DNA from: Dehalococcoidia bacterium
Lineage (GTDB): Bacteria > Chloroflexota > Dehalococcoidia > Lucifugimonadales > UBA2962
Direction of reading: 5' to 3'
Assembly: GCA_034421295.1 (NCBI GenBank)
Contig: DAOUKM010000004.1
Location: 12,399 to 76,398, forward strand
Length of the DNA: 64,000 bases
Below are positions 38,675 through 48,530 of this stretch, piece by piece. A program made the translations under genes and the position numbers. The notes under the pieces are model-generated. The model ran no database searches. It was not told the DNA's origin and was given only the letters and a program-made list of their open reading frames with translations. The stretch's first letter is position 1. Every line of letters starts with the position of its first letter.

Positions 38675-40240
38675 GTGATCGATCTGTTGATAACGGGCGG
38701 CAGGGTCCTGGACGGTACCGGGGCGCCGGGGATATACGCGAGCGTCTCGGTCGAGGGAGACAGGCTCCGCATATTCCGGGGCGAGACTTCCGATGTTGAG
38801 GCTGTGCGCACGATCGACGCGACGGGCAAGATCGTCTGCCCGGGCTTTATCGACATCCACGCACATTCGAGCCTGGTAATCCTCGACGATCCCGAGCACC
38901 TGCCAAAGGTCCACCAGGGCGTCACCACCGAGGTCATCGGTATCGACGGCGTCTCCTATGCGCCATTCAGGCGGGAGGAGGACCGCCGCGACCTGATCTG
39001 GCTAAACTCCGGTTTCGACGGGTCTCCGTCGACGTCCAAGACCTGGGGCTCGGTCTCAGAGTACCTTGACGTGTACGACCAGAGCGTCGCGGTGAACATC
39101 GCGACCATGGTCGGCAATTCCCCGATCAGGGCCGGCTCGGTCGGCTGGAATATGCGCCAGCCGACGGCGGCCGAGATGGACGTTCAGATCGGCCTCCTCA
39201 GGGAGGCCATCGGCGACGGGGCGTTCGGCCTATCCACGGGCCTGGACTATCCTCCGGGCAGCTTTGCGGACACGGACGAGCTGGTGGCACTCAGCGAGCA
39301 GACCGCAAGGCTCGGCGGCTTTTACCACACGCACGTCAGGTACACGCTGGGCGACCGATACCTGGATCCATTCAGGGAGGCCCTGGAGATAGGACGCCGG
39401 GCTGACGTTCCGGTGCACCTGACCCACCTGTGCCGGCTGGTTACGCAGCCGGGGGGCGCCGATCCGATCCTTGAGCTGGTGGAGGACGCGCGGGCCGGTG
39501 GGATGGACGTAACGTTCGACATGTTCCCATATCCGTTCGGTCCCACGAAGGTACTGATCATGTTCCCGCAGTGGATCCAGGACGGCGGTCCTCGCAAGAC
39601 CCTGGAGGTGCTCGGCGACGGCGAGGCGAGGGAGCAGCTGCGCGACGAGGTGATCCCGCTCGCGCGGAGCTGGGATGAGATTTGGCTGACCAATTTCAGG
39701 CTTGCCAGCAACAAGGAATACGAGGGCAGGTCGGTAGCGTCAGTCGCCGAGGAGCGTGGGCAGCATCCGGTCGACACCATGTCAGAACTGCTGATTGAAG
39801 AAAGCCTTGGAGTCTCGTTCGTCGGCGAACTCATCGACCAGGGGACGTTGCCGGACTTCATGGTCCATCCGCTCTACATGGTTGGCAGCGACGCGGTCAT
39901 GATCGGCGATTTCCCATCCCCGATGGCCTACGGCTGCTACCCGATGTTCCTGTCGATGATGGTGCGCGAAGAGGGACGCCTCAGATTGGAGGAGGCGATC
40001 CGAAAGATGACGTCCGGGCCCGCGCAGAGGCTGGGCATCCCCGACCGCGGGATCCTCAGGGACGGCTTCTTCGCCGATCTGGTCATCTTCGACCCCGAAC
40101 GGGTCAGGCCGAACGTCAGCCGTGCTGGGCCCAAGCAGCTCTCGGACGGGGTTGACTACGTGATAGTCAACGGCACCATCGTCATAGACCAGGGCCGCCA
40201 CACCGGCGCACTGGTGGGCAGGGCCCTGCGGAAGGCCTGA
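38675..40240 (+). CDS. N-acyl-D-amino-acid deacylase (D-aminoacylase) family amidohydrolase
   Basis: GTG start after GGAGG. The N-terminus IDLLITGGRVLDGTGAPG...PGFIDIHAHS and the C-terminus ADLVIFDP...VNG are typical of the family. Confidence 0.8.
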   Translation: MIDLLITGGRVLDGTGAPGIYASVSVEGDRLRIFRGETSDVEAVRTIDATGKIVCPGFIDIHAHSSLVILDDPEHLPKVHQGVTTEVIGIDGVSYAPFRREEDRRDLIWLNSGFDGSPSTSKTWGSVSEYLDVYDQSVAVNIATMVGNSPIRAGSVGWNMRQPTAAEMDVQIGLLREAIGDGAFGLSTGLDYPPGSFADTDELVALSEQTARLGGFYHTHVRYTLGDRYLDPFREALEIGRRADVPVHLTHLCRLVTQPGGADPILELVEDARAGGMDVTFDMFPYPFGPTKVLIMFPQWIQDGGPRKTLEVLGDGEAREQLRDEVIPLARSWDEIWLTNFRLASNKEYEGRSVASVAEERGQHPVDTMSELLIEESLGVSFVGELIDQGTLPDFMVHPLYMVGSDAVMIGDFPSPMAYGCYPMFLSMMVREEGRLRLEEAIRKMTSGPAQRLGIPDRGILRDGFFADLVIFDPERVRPNVSRAGPKQLSDGVDYVIVNGTIVIDQGRHTGALVGRALRKA

Positions 40241-40369
40241 GCCGGGTCATGCCGGCCCGACAGCCCGGCGCCGGCCAGGTTCACAGTCGCCCCCGGACAT
40301 GCCATAACGCAGGCAGATCGGGGGCGGACCGGTCGCCGCGGCAGAAAGGGTCTGCCGCCCCGGGCTGCT

Positions 40370-41167
40370 TCAGGCGGGCTGGAAGATCGAAAAGGACGCG
40401 CCCTGCGGGTCCGCCAGCGACGAGAAGCGGCCTATGGGAGGGCTGCCCTCAACCGGAACGATATCGGTGGGCGGTACGTATACCGTTGCGCCCAGCGACC
40501 TGGCCTTCTCGACCGTGGCGTCGGCGCTGTCGACCCCGAAGTAGACCGACCAGTGTGGCGGGAACTCGCCCATTTCGGGGGTGATCTGCAGGACGCCGGC
40601 CACCTCGGTACCTTCGTTCCGAAGCATCACGTAGTCCAGGTTCGATTCCGGAACCTGGAACCCCTCCAGGCCGAACGCGGCCGTGTAGAACTCTACGGCG
40701 CCGGCACGGTCGGTGGTCAGCAGTTCATGCCAGAACATCGCCCCGGTCTCGCCCTTGATCCCGGCGCCGATGTGCTCTTTTGCCTGCCACACGGCGAAGA
40801 AGGCCCCCTGAGGATCCTGGCACATCGCCATTCGGCCCGCCTCAAACACGTCCATGGGCCCGAATACGACCTGGCCGCCGCCCTTTCGGATGGCGGCTGC
40901 GGCCTCCTCGACGTCGTTTACGGTGATGTAGATGTTCCAGTGGGATGGCACGTTCTGGCTACGCTCCTGTTCGCCCTGCCGGTAGATGGCGCAGGCGTAG
41001 CGGCCATTGACCTTCTGCATGTGGTAGTAGCTGTCCGGGCCCATTTCTTGAGGGTCGTCCGCCCATCCGAACAGCGCGCCGTAGAAGGAAAGGGCCGCCG
41101 CCTCGTCGGTGGTGGAAAGATCGGCCCAGGATGGAGAGCCATGGGCGTGTGATGTAACTTCCGGCAT
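40370..41167 (-). CDS. VOC (glyoxalase/bleomycin-resistance) family protein, two-domain
   Basis: Two tandem VOC modules (HGSPSWADL...FGW and WHELLT...FGL). ATG 41167 is preferred over the start at 41212. Confidence 0.8.
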   Translation of the reverse strand: MPEVTSHAHGSPSWADLSTTDEAAALSFYGALFGWADDPQEMGPDSYYHMQKVNGRYACAIYRQGEQERSQNVPSHWNIYITVNDVEEAAAAIRKGGGQVVFGPMDVFEAGRMAMCQDPQGAFFAVWQAKEHIGAGIKGETGAMFWHELLTTDRAGAVEFYTAAFGLEGFQVPESNLDYVMLRNEGTEVAGVLQITPEMGEFPPHWSVYFGVDSADATVEKARSLGATVYVPPTDIVPVEGSPPIGRFSSLADPQGASFSIFQPA

Positions 41168-41597
41168 GGGGTGGTTGTGCTCCTTAGAGTCAGATTGCTT
41201 GCGGCGGACCATTCCGACCGGCTCAATATCAGTCTATACGCCCGCGGCCATGACGCGAGTGAAAATTGAATTAGGAGAGGTTAAGGCCGGAGGCGCATCG
41301 GCCCCCGAGCGTTCCACCCCGCCCCCGGGCGCCCTGAAGCCGGGAGGGTTCGAAGCGAACGATCCGGCTCCTTCCCGAAAGTCCATGCCCGAAATGATCC
41401 ACTGGCTCCCCCGAACCCGGAGGCCAATGCAGTAGACTCGTGCCGGGCGATCGTAAGGCCGGCGGGCGGGACCTTTTCCACGTGCCGGGGACTACAGAAC
41501 CGGGGCGGACAAGCGGGACTGGCTGGCCGCCCGGGCATCCCGCCGGTCTCCACGACGCTCTGGATATCGACGGCCAGATGACGAGACTGATGACGTT

Positions 41598-42503
41598 ATG
41601 GATCGTGCCTGCTACGACATAGAGCACATCTCCCGATACCTTTACACTTGGCCGATACGCAACAGCGTTATGTCCCTTTGCCTTACGCCCAGGGACGATT
41701 CGGCGCAGCGCCTTTTCGGCTTTGAGATCACCACCGATCCCTCATCGGCGATCAACATGGAACTGGACTGCTTCGGCAATTCGAAGCATGTCCTGAACAT
41801 CCACCGGGCTCACGATTCGCTGGTGGTGACGGCCCGGTCCACCGTGCAGACCTCTCCGGCCCCGTCCCTGCCCGACTCGCTGGGTACCGGCGCCTGGGAG
41901 GAGATACGCTCATGGAGGGAATCGTTCGACGAGTGGGACTTCGTACACTCGAGCGGTTTCGCTCGGCCCTCCCGCGCGCTGGCGGCATTTGTCGATGGCC
42001 ACGGCATGGCCAGCCCGGGGGCTGATCCCCTGATCTCCCTGCTCGACCTCTCCGATACGCTCTACCGGACCTTCGAATACGTGCCCGGCAGCACCTCGGT
42101 CGTATCGCCCATCGAAGATATCATCGGATCGCGCCGGGGCGTCTGCCAGGACTACGCCCACGTGATGATTGCGGTCGCTCGGCTCTGGGGCATACCGGCG
42201 CGCTATGTCTCGGGCTACCTGCATATCGTGGACCGGGAGGGCCGATCCGTACGGGCCCAGGCCAGCCACGCCTGGGTTGAATGCCGCCTGCCCGATCTCG
42301 GGTGGATAGGCTTCGATCCCACCAACCGAAGCATTGCCGGAGTGCGGCACGTGAGGGTAGCGGTGGGCCGGGACTACCGTGACGTCGCACCTACTCACGG
42401 CGTATTCAGGGGCGGCGGCTCCACGCGGCTCGAAGTCGAGGTAGCAGTCGAGCCCACGGTCCCGGCCGGCTGGCCGGACGGCGCCAGCCCGGTCTGCGCC
42501 TGA
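41598..42503 (+). CDS. transglutaminase-family protein (N-terminal Bact_transglu_N-like domain plus TGase core)
   Basis: Intact Cys-His-Asp core: RRGVCQDYAH, SHAWVEC, GFDPTN. Confidence 0.85.
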   Translation: MDRACYDIEHISRYLYTWPIRNSVMSLCLTPRDDSAQRLFGFEITTDPSSAINMELDCFGNSKHVLNIHRAHDSLVVTARSTVQTSPAPSLPDSLGTGAWEEIRSWRESFDEWDFVHSSGFARPSRALAAFVDGHGMASPGADPLISLLDLSDTLYRTFEYVPGSTSVVSPIEDIIGSRRGVCQDYAHVMIAVARLWGIPARYVSGYLHIVDREGRSVRAQASHAWVECRLPDLGWIGFDPTNRSIAGVRHVRVAVGRDYRDVAPTHGVFRGGGSTRLEVEVAVEPTVPAGWPDGASPVCA

Positions 42504-42862
42504 TCAGGCCAGGCCCCTCCCCGTAACCACCCGTCTCGGGGGAACGCCCCCGCCGGACCGATCCCCCGGTTCCCTCCGGCCTAAGGCACACCGACTGAAT
42601 CCGCATCCTTCCGATCAAAACCGGGAGTTGGCGGTCGGCCGCCACTGAACTCAGACCGCCTCGCCTGCGTCAGAGCGATAGCCTGCCGGGCCCGTATCCG
42701 CGCAACGGGTATTCGCACCCCCGGCCTGAGGCCCGAAGTTGGCCCAGCGTGCGGTGCGATGTTAGGCGGTAAGATGTACGCCAACACCGGCCGGGCGATT
42801 GGTCCCTCAGAGAAACGGCCTCGGGCGGCCAGCGTGACCGGCAACAGGCGCGGGGAGAACCC

Positions 42863-43834
42863 ATGGCAGACGTAGAGAGGGCCCGGGAAGTCGCCGGGCG
42901 AATCGTAGAGAACGTTAAGCACGTAATCGTCGGCAAGGATCAGGCGATCGAGCTGGGGGTCATTGCCCTGATCTGCCAGGGTCACGTGCTTATAGAGGAC
43001 GTGCCCGGGGTCGGTAAGACCATGCTGGCGCGCAGTCTGGCTCGATCCTCCGGCAGCAGCTTCCGGCGCATCCAGTTCACCCCCGACCTGCTGCCCAGCG
43101 ATGTGACCGGGGTCTCGATCTTCAACCAGAAGACCTCCGAGTTCGAGTTCAAGCCCGGGCCCATAATCTCTCAGATCGTCCTGGCCGACGAGATAAACCG
43201 CGCCACGCCCAAGACGCAGTCGGCCCTGCTCGAGGCCATGGAGGAGAAACAGGTGACCGTCGAGGGCACGACGCACGTCCTGCCCAGACCATTTACCGTG
43301 ATGGCCACCCAGAACCCGATCGAGTACGAGGGCACATTCCCCCTGCCGGAGGCCCAGCTGGACCGATTTCTGCTCATGATCACCCTCGGCTATCCGAACA
43401 CCGAACAGGAGCTCCAGATAGTGAGCAACCAGCAGGCCGCCCATCCCATCGACTCCCTCGGGGCGGTCGCCTCGCCGGACGAAATCGTCCTGATGCAGGA
43501 CGCGGCCCGGGAAGTGTTCGTCGACGACCTGGTCCGCCAGTACATCGTGTCCATCGTCGAGTCCACCCGCGACGACGCCGATATCAGCCTCGGTTGCTCG
43601 CCGCGGGGCTCCATATCGCTGTTCCGGGCCGGCCAGGCCCTGGCCCTGATCAGGGGAAGGGACTTCGTGCTCCCGGACGACGTGAAGGAGCTGAGCGAGC
43701 CCATCCTCAGCCATCGCATGATCGTATCGGCGGCCGCGCGGATGAGGGGAGTCAGGGGATCGGACGTCGCTCGCCGCATAGTCGAGGCGCTGCCGGTTCC
43801 CGGCGCCCACGTAAAGGGCTTTATCGGTCGTTAG
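42863..43834 (+). CDS. MoxR-family AAA+ ATPase
   Basis: Walker A VPGVGKT and Walker [23 protein letters not shown]. Typical MoxR length of 323 aa. Confidence 0.9.
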   Translation: MADVERAREVAGRIVENVKHVIVGKDQAIELGVIALICQGHVLIEDVPGVGKTMLARSLARSSGSSFRRIQFTPDLLPSDVTGVSIFNQKTSEFEFKPGPIISQIVLADEINRATPKTQSALLEAMEEKQVTVEGTTHVLPRPFTVMATQNPIEYEGTFPLPEAQLDRFLLMITLGYPNTEQELQIVSNQQAAHPIDSLGAVASPDEIVLMQDAAREVFVDDLVRQYIVSIVESTRDDADISLGCSPRGSISLFRAGQALALIRGRDFVLPDDVKELSEPILSHRMIVSAAARMRGVRGSDVARRIVEALPVPGAHVKGFIGR

Positions 43835-43841
43835 GCACCTG

Positions 43842-45125
43842 ATGATGCGACTCGTCGTACTGCGCAGGTCTTACCTGATAGCAATCCTCATAGCGGCCGC
43901 CCTGATCACGGGAATGGCCACCGGCCTGGGACTGTTCTACAGGCTTGCCTATATCTTCGCCCTGGTGGTGGCGGTCAGCTTCGCCTGGAACTGGCTCAGC
44001 CTCAGGTCCATGACGGTCTCGGTCGAACGCGGGACACGACGGGTCACGGCCGGCGACACGGTGCAGGAGCACATCACCGTGCAAAACACCTCGAGTCTCC
44101 CCAGACCGACCATAGAGGTCGAGGACCTGAGCGAACTTCCCGGCTTTGCGACCGGCAATGCGATGGGTATGCTCCCGAGTGCGGCCGTCGAGTGGACCCC
44201 TACCGGCGTTGCGAGGAGACGGGGCGTCTACACGATGGGTCCGGTGGTGGCCCGCAACACGGACCCGTTCGGTCTCTTCCAAAGGGAGCGCACCTTCCCC
44301 TACACCGAGTCGGTGGTCGTCTACCCCAGGGCACACGACCTTCCGGGCTTCCGGGTTCCGCCGGCCAACCTGTCGGGAGAGAGTTCCCTGAAGCGGCGTA
44401 CCCATGACCTGACTCCTCACGCCTCAAGCGTGCGCGAGTACGCCCCCGGCGACAGCCTGGGGAGGGTGCACTGGAACAGCACCGCCCGGCTGGGCCACCT
44501 GATGTCAAAGGAGTTCGACGAGGGCCACGCCAGCGATGTCTGGATAGCGGTCGATCTCCATCAGGACGTTCAGGCGGGCGAGATGGAGGAGAGCACCGAC
44601 GAGTACGCGGTCAGCGCCGCCGCTTCGCTGGCCAAGAGATTCCTGACCGAGGCCATGCCGGTGGGCCTGATCGCCTACGGGGCGGAGAAGCTGCTGCTCC
44701 AGGCCGATACCGGCGCCGGCCAGATGGATCGTGTTCTGGCCTACCTTGCGCGCAGCGAGGCCGATGGCAAGGTGCCGCTCGGAGACGCCCTGCCGGAGGA
44801 CGAGCTGCTGTGGAGCCATCACACGACACTGGTGGTGGTGACCTCATCGCCCAGGCCCGAGTGGGTCTGGGCGCTATGGCAGCTCTCCCAGCGCCGGGTC
44901 AGGGTCGTTGCCGTGCTGATCGACGGCAGCTCCTTCGGCGGGTTCTTCGACTCCCTCGACGCTCTACCCCACCTGGAGGCCGCCGGCATCCCCACCTACG
45001 TCGTGGCCTCGGGCGACCACCTGCCGGAGGCGATGAGCAGGATCCACCGTCCCAGCGAGGAGGCGGGCCCGGACGGGAATTCACCGGCGCGGGCCAGGCC
45101 TGCGGAGGTGGCCGGTGGCGCGTAG
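43842..45125 (+). CDS. DUF58 domain-containing protein
   Basis: N-terminal TM segments and the DUF58 signature region REYAPGDSLGRVHWNSTARLGHLMSKEFDE. It starts 7 nt after moxR. Confidence 0.85.
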   Translation: MMRLVVLRRSYLIAILIAAALITGMATGLGLFYRLAYIFALVVAVSFAWNWLSLRSMTVSVERGTRRVTAGDTVQEHITVQNTSSLPRPTIEVEDLSELPGFATGNAMGMLPSAAVEWTPTGVARRRGVYTMGPVVARNTDPFGLFQRERTFPYTESVVVYPRAHDLPGFRVPPANLSGESSLKRRTHDLTPHASSVREYAPGDSLGRVHWNSTARLGHLMSKEFDEGHASDVWIAVDLHQDVQAGEMEESTDEYAVSAAASLAKRFLTEAMPVGLIAYGAEKLLLQADTGAGQMDRVLAYLARSEADGKVPLGDALPEDELLWSHHTTLVVVTSSPRPEWVWALWQLSQRRVRVVAVLIDGSSFGGFFDSLDALPHLEAAGIPTYVVASGDHLPEAMSRIHRPSEEAGPDGNSPARARPAEVAGGA

Positions 45126-47688
45126 CGAGGGCATTCTGGAGCCGCTCGCGGGCACCGGCGCGCCGGACCGCGGCCGCGAACGATCCCTGGCCGGGGCGGA
45201 ACATGCGTTGATCGGCCTGCTCAGGCGCTACAGCCCCCGGGAGGGCTGGGCGACCCTGGCGATCCTTTGGGGACTGGTGCTGGTGGTCGGGGTAACGATC
45301 CAGCAGGCGGAGTGGACTGACACGCCGGGCATGGTGCTGATAGTCCTGCTGTCCTCGCTGGCGGGATTGGCCCTGGCGAAGGTCAGGTGGCCGTGGCCCG
45401 TCCTCGTCGCGTTCGGTCTGGCACTGGGGGTGGTGATCGTCTACTGGCAGGCCACGCGGCTGGCGCCTGACGAGTCGCTGATAGCCTCAATACGCCAGAC
45501 CGCGGTACGACTGAATGACTGGTACCAGGCGGCGGTTTCAGGCGGGATCAGCACCGACCTGATGCCGTTTAGCATGGCCCTGCTAGGCGGCGGATGGCTG
45601 CTGGGGTTCTTCAGCTCCTGGTTCCTGTTCAGGCGCAGATACGTGTGGCCGGCGCTGATCCTGGGCGGGCTTTCCCTGTTCACTCACATCAGCTTTTTGC
45701 CCAGCGAGCGTGTCGCCTCGTTCTTCATCTTCGTCGCGCTGAGCATGCTGCTGCTTGTGCGAATGGGCTTTGTTCACAACCAGATCGCCTGGCGTGATGC
45801 GGGGACCAGGTTCTCGGCCGCCTGGGCATGGGTGACCGTGGCCGCCGCCCTCGCCCTGTCGGCCATCGTTCTGGCCGTGGCCGCGGCGATACCCCTTAAC
45901 GTGTACGTCTCAAAGACCGTCGCAGGCGTGTGGACCCAGGCCCGCACGCCCGTCGCGTCGCTGGAGAGCGGTCTCAGCCGGCTGGTCACCGGCATCGCCT
46001 CCAAGAAGAACATCCACGGGCGTCCATTTGGAGACAATCTGCCCTTCCTCGGATCGATCAATTTCAACGGCGATGTCGTGTTCATGGCCGATACCGAGTA
46101 CCCGTCATACTGGCTTTCCCGGACCTACAGCGAGTACACCCCCAAGGGCTGGGTCGCCGGTGAAACCAGGGAGGTCAAGGTCGGTCCGGACACCGTGCCT
46201 CCAGCTCAGGGCGACGCCCTAAAGCGCACCCCGGTCGCACAGAGCCTGCTGCTGCAATTCGACAGCACCAGCTTGCTGGCCGGGGGCAACCTGGAGTGGC
46301 TGAATAGAGAGGCGACCATCGAGGTGCTCTCCCCCAAGTCCTTCGAGATCAGCATTGCGGACCCGAGCGGCGACGCCGATTTCCCCGACGACGTTAAGGA
46401 ACTTGCGACCGAGCTCCGGACCAGGCTCGGTTCGCCCGTGGTCAGCTTCGTCGAGTCGGAGGTGGCAAAGCTCGTCCCCGACGATCTGGTCGTAACGCAC
46501 ATCGATTACAGCCAGCCCGGCGGAAGGCCCCGGGTGGACAGCGTCACGCTGCAGCGCAAGGAATCGATCTCGCCGGACGTCGTCTCGTTCAAATTCGACG
46601 AGCAGCTGATCAGGGGGGAGACGTACGACATGGTGTCGCTGGTATCGACGGCCTCCAACGAAGACCTGCGACGCGCGGGGACCGACTACGACGCTGCGGT
46701 CACCGACCACTACCTTCAGCTGCCCGTCGATCTTCCGGAGAGGGTCAAGGATCTGGCCGGGCGGCTCACCAGGACCGCGGACACTCCTCTCGATAAGGCA
46801 AGGGCCATCGAGACCTACCTGCGCGGGGAATCGTTCACATACTCCCAGGACATCGAGGCCCCTCCGACCGGCTCGGACGGGGTTGACCATTTCCTCTTCG
46901 AGACCCGGACAGGCTACTCGGACTACTTCGCCTCATCGATGGCCGTGATGCTCAGGTCGGTGGGCGTCCCGGCACGCCTTGCCGCCGGGTACGCGCCCGG
47001 CGAGTTCGACGAGGCATCGGGCCTCAATGCCGTCAGGGATTCCGACAGCCACGCCTGGGTCCAGGTCTACTTCCCGGAGTTCGGCTGGATTGATTTCGAG
47101 CCAACTCCCGCATGGCCCGATCCGTACCGGCAGATCGGCCGACCTGCCAGCGGAGGGCAGGTCGTGGAACCGTTCGATTCGCCGGAGCAGGAGTTCGCCG
47201 AGTTCCAGGGCTTCGTATTTCCCGCCCAGCTCTCGGCGATCGGCCTGGGCGCCGAGGGGGGCTTTGAGGGAGGGGGCGGCGGAATAGACGTGCTGAGAGT
47301 GGTCGTCCTGCCGATCATCGCCGCGATCGTCGCGCTGCTGGTGCTGGTAGCGGCCCTTCAGATCCTGTGGAACCTTGCCCTGCGCGGCCTTGCCCTCGAG
47401 CAGCAGGTCTACGCCAAAACGGCCAGGCTCGGCCGACTCGCCGGAATTGGAAGATCAGCCAGCCAGACGCCCCGCGAGTACGCCAGCAGCCTGGCTGCAG
47501 CACTCCCGGGGGTGGCCGGCGATGCGGCGCTGGTGGCGACCGGCTATTCCGCAGTAACGTACGGCGCGCCGGCCCAGGCCTCGGTCGACGATCTGTCTCT
47601 GCGGGAAGCCTGGAAGCGAATCAGGGGGGCGATGTTGGGCAGGATCGTCCGGAGGCTGGTGCCCGGGAGACGAACCGGGAGCGGGTAA
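45115..47688 (+). CDS. polytopic membrane transglutaminase-domain protein (TgpA-like) with Ser at the catalytic Cys position
   Basis: Multiple N-terminal TM helices. The TGase core reads TGYSDYFASSMAVMLRSVGVPARLAAGY ... DSHAWVQVY ... WIDFEPT. The GTG start overlaps the DUF58 gene by 11 nt. Confidence 0.85.
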   Translation: MARSEGILEPLAGTGAPDRGRERSLAGAEHALIGLLRRYSPREGWATLAILWGLVLVVGVTIQQAEWTDTPGMVLIVLLSSLAGLALAKVRWPWPVLVAFGLALGVVIVYWQATRLAPDESLIASIRQTAVRLNDWYQAAVSGGISTDLMPFSMALLGGGWLLGFFSSWFLFRRRYVWPALILGGLSLFTHISFLPSERVASFFIFVALSMLLLVRMGFVHNQIAWRDAGTRFSAAWAWVTVAAALALSAIVLAVAAAIPLNVYVSKTVAGVWTQARTPVASLESGLSRLVTGIASKKNIHGRPFGDNLPFLGSINFNGDVVFMADTEYPSYWLSRTYSEYTPKGWVAGETREVKVGPDTVPPAQGDALKRTPVAQSLLLQFDSTSLLAGGNLEWLNREATIEVLSPKSFEISIADPSGDADFPDDVKELATELRTRLGSPVVSFVESEVAKLVPDDLVVTHIDYSQPGGRPRVDSVTLQRKESISPDVVSFKFDEQLIRGETYDMVSLVSTASNEDLRRAGTDYDAAVTDHYLQLPVDLPERVKDLAGRLTRTADTPLDKARAIETYLRGESFTYSQDIEAPPTGSDGVDHFLFETRTGYSDYFASSMAVMLRSVGVPARLAAGYAPGEFDEASGLNAVRDSDSHAWVQVYFPEFGWIDFEPTPAWPDPYRQIGRPASGGQVVEPFDSPEQEFAEFQGFVFPAQLSAIGLGAEGGFEGGGGGIDVLRVVVLPIIAAIVALLVLVAALQILWNLALRGLALEQQVYAKTARLGRLAGIGRSASQTPREYASSLAAALPGVAGDAALVATGYSAVTYGAPAQASVDDLSLREAWKRIRGAMLGRIVRRLVPGRRTGSG

Positions 47689-48245
47689 TGCAGGACCGCG
47701 AGCGACTGTGCTACGACATTTTCGAGACCGGCGCCGGCTGGGTCGGGGTCATCGCCTCTGAGGCGGGGGTGCGGCGGGCCACGATACCGCAGCCGACGCC
47801 CGGAGACTGCGCCGATGAGCTTGGAGGCGAACTGGACGAGGCGATCTTCGAGCCCGAGATCCTCGCAAGCGTAAGGGAAGGTATACGGGGCTACATCGAC
47901 GGGAGCGTCCTTGACCTTTCCCACATTCCGACGGACTTTTCCGGTGCGCCTCCTTTCATGAGGTTGGCCTGGGAGGCTTGCAGATCCATTCCCCGGGGAC
48001 AGACCCGCACCTACAAGTGGCTGGCCCAGAGCGCCGGACGTCCCAATGCCCCCCGCGCCGCCGGGCAGGCCATGGCACGCAACCGCGTCCCGTTCCTGGT
48101 GCCCTGTCACCGGGTCGTCGCGAGCGGCGGGGGGCTCGGCGGCTACGGCAGGGGCAAGAGCGCTCTCGCCCTCAAGCGGTGGCTGATCGACAGGGAGGCA
48201 TCCAGCTCACCCGCTCCCCCTCCTCCCCACTGGTGGCGCGGGTAG
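47688..48245 (+). CDS. ogt: methylated-DNA--protein-cysteine methyltransferase
   Basis: Active-site motif VPCHRVV and a 185-aa length. ATG 47688 overlaps the upstream TAA (TAATG). The ORF-track start at 47367 is an in-frame extension inside the upstream gene. Confidence 0.85.
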   Translation: MQDRERLCYDIFETGAGWVGVIASEAGVRRATIPQPTPGDCADELGGELDEAIFEPEILASVREGIRGYIDGSVLDLSHIPTDFSGAPPFMRLAWEACRSIPRGQTRTYKWLAQSAGRPNAPRAAGQAMARNRVPFLVPCHRVVASGGGLGGYGRGKSALALKRWLIDREASSSPAPPPPHWWRG

Positions 48246-48267
48246 CGGGGGAGGTACGGACTGGCCC

Positions 48268-48292
48268 CGGTCCGGGCTCATAGCGCCGGACC
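48268..48292. terminator. stem-loop between convergent ogt and the DUF2007 gene
   Basis: CGGTCCGG (48268-48275) pairs with CCGGACCG (48285-48292). There is no U-tract, so function is uncertain. Confidence 0.25.
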
Positions 48293-48299
48293 GCGCCAT

Positions 48300-48524
48300 T
48301 CACTCCGGGGAACCGAGCTCGGCAAGCACCTGCTGGGCGCGCTCGAGATCCTCCTCGAACACCATCACGCGAACAGGGTTCAGGGAGATGCCCATGAACG
48401 AGCTGGTATCGCCCTGCCCGATCATAGAAGGGACGCCGTCCTCGATCAGCAGGTCCCTCAGCATCTCTGCCTGGATCTGATCCGGGGCTATCTCGAGCAC
48501 CACCCACTTTTTCCTATCGGACAC
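48300..48524 (-). CDS. DUF2007-like small protein
   Basis: A 74-aa protein. The pattern WVVLEIAPDQIQAEMLRDLLIEDGVPS...EEDLERAQQVL resembles DUF2007. It starts 6 nt downstream of the dnaE stop. Confidence 0.6.
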   Translation of the reverse strand: MSDRKKWVVLEIAPDQIQAEMLRDLLIEDGVPSMIGQGDTSSFMGISLNPVRVMVFEEDLERAQQVLAELGSPE

Positions 48525-48530
48525 AGGGAT

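Noticed and set aside
42581-43810. A 409-aa ORF antisense to moxR
   Set aside because: The plus-strand frame encodes a textbook MoxR ATPase. The antisense product has low complexity and is rich in Gly/Arg/Leu/Asp.
47367-47687. N-terminal extension of the ogt ORF
   Set aside because: It overlaps the 3-prime end of the transglutaminase gene in another frame. ATG 47688 yields a normal-length Ogt.
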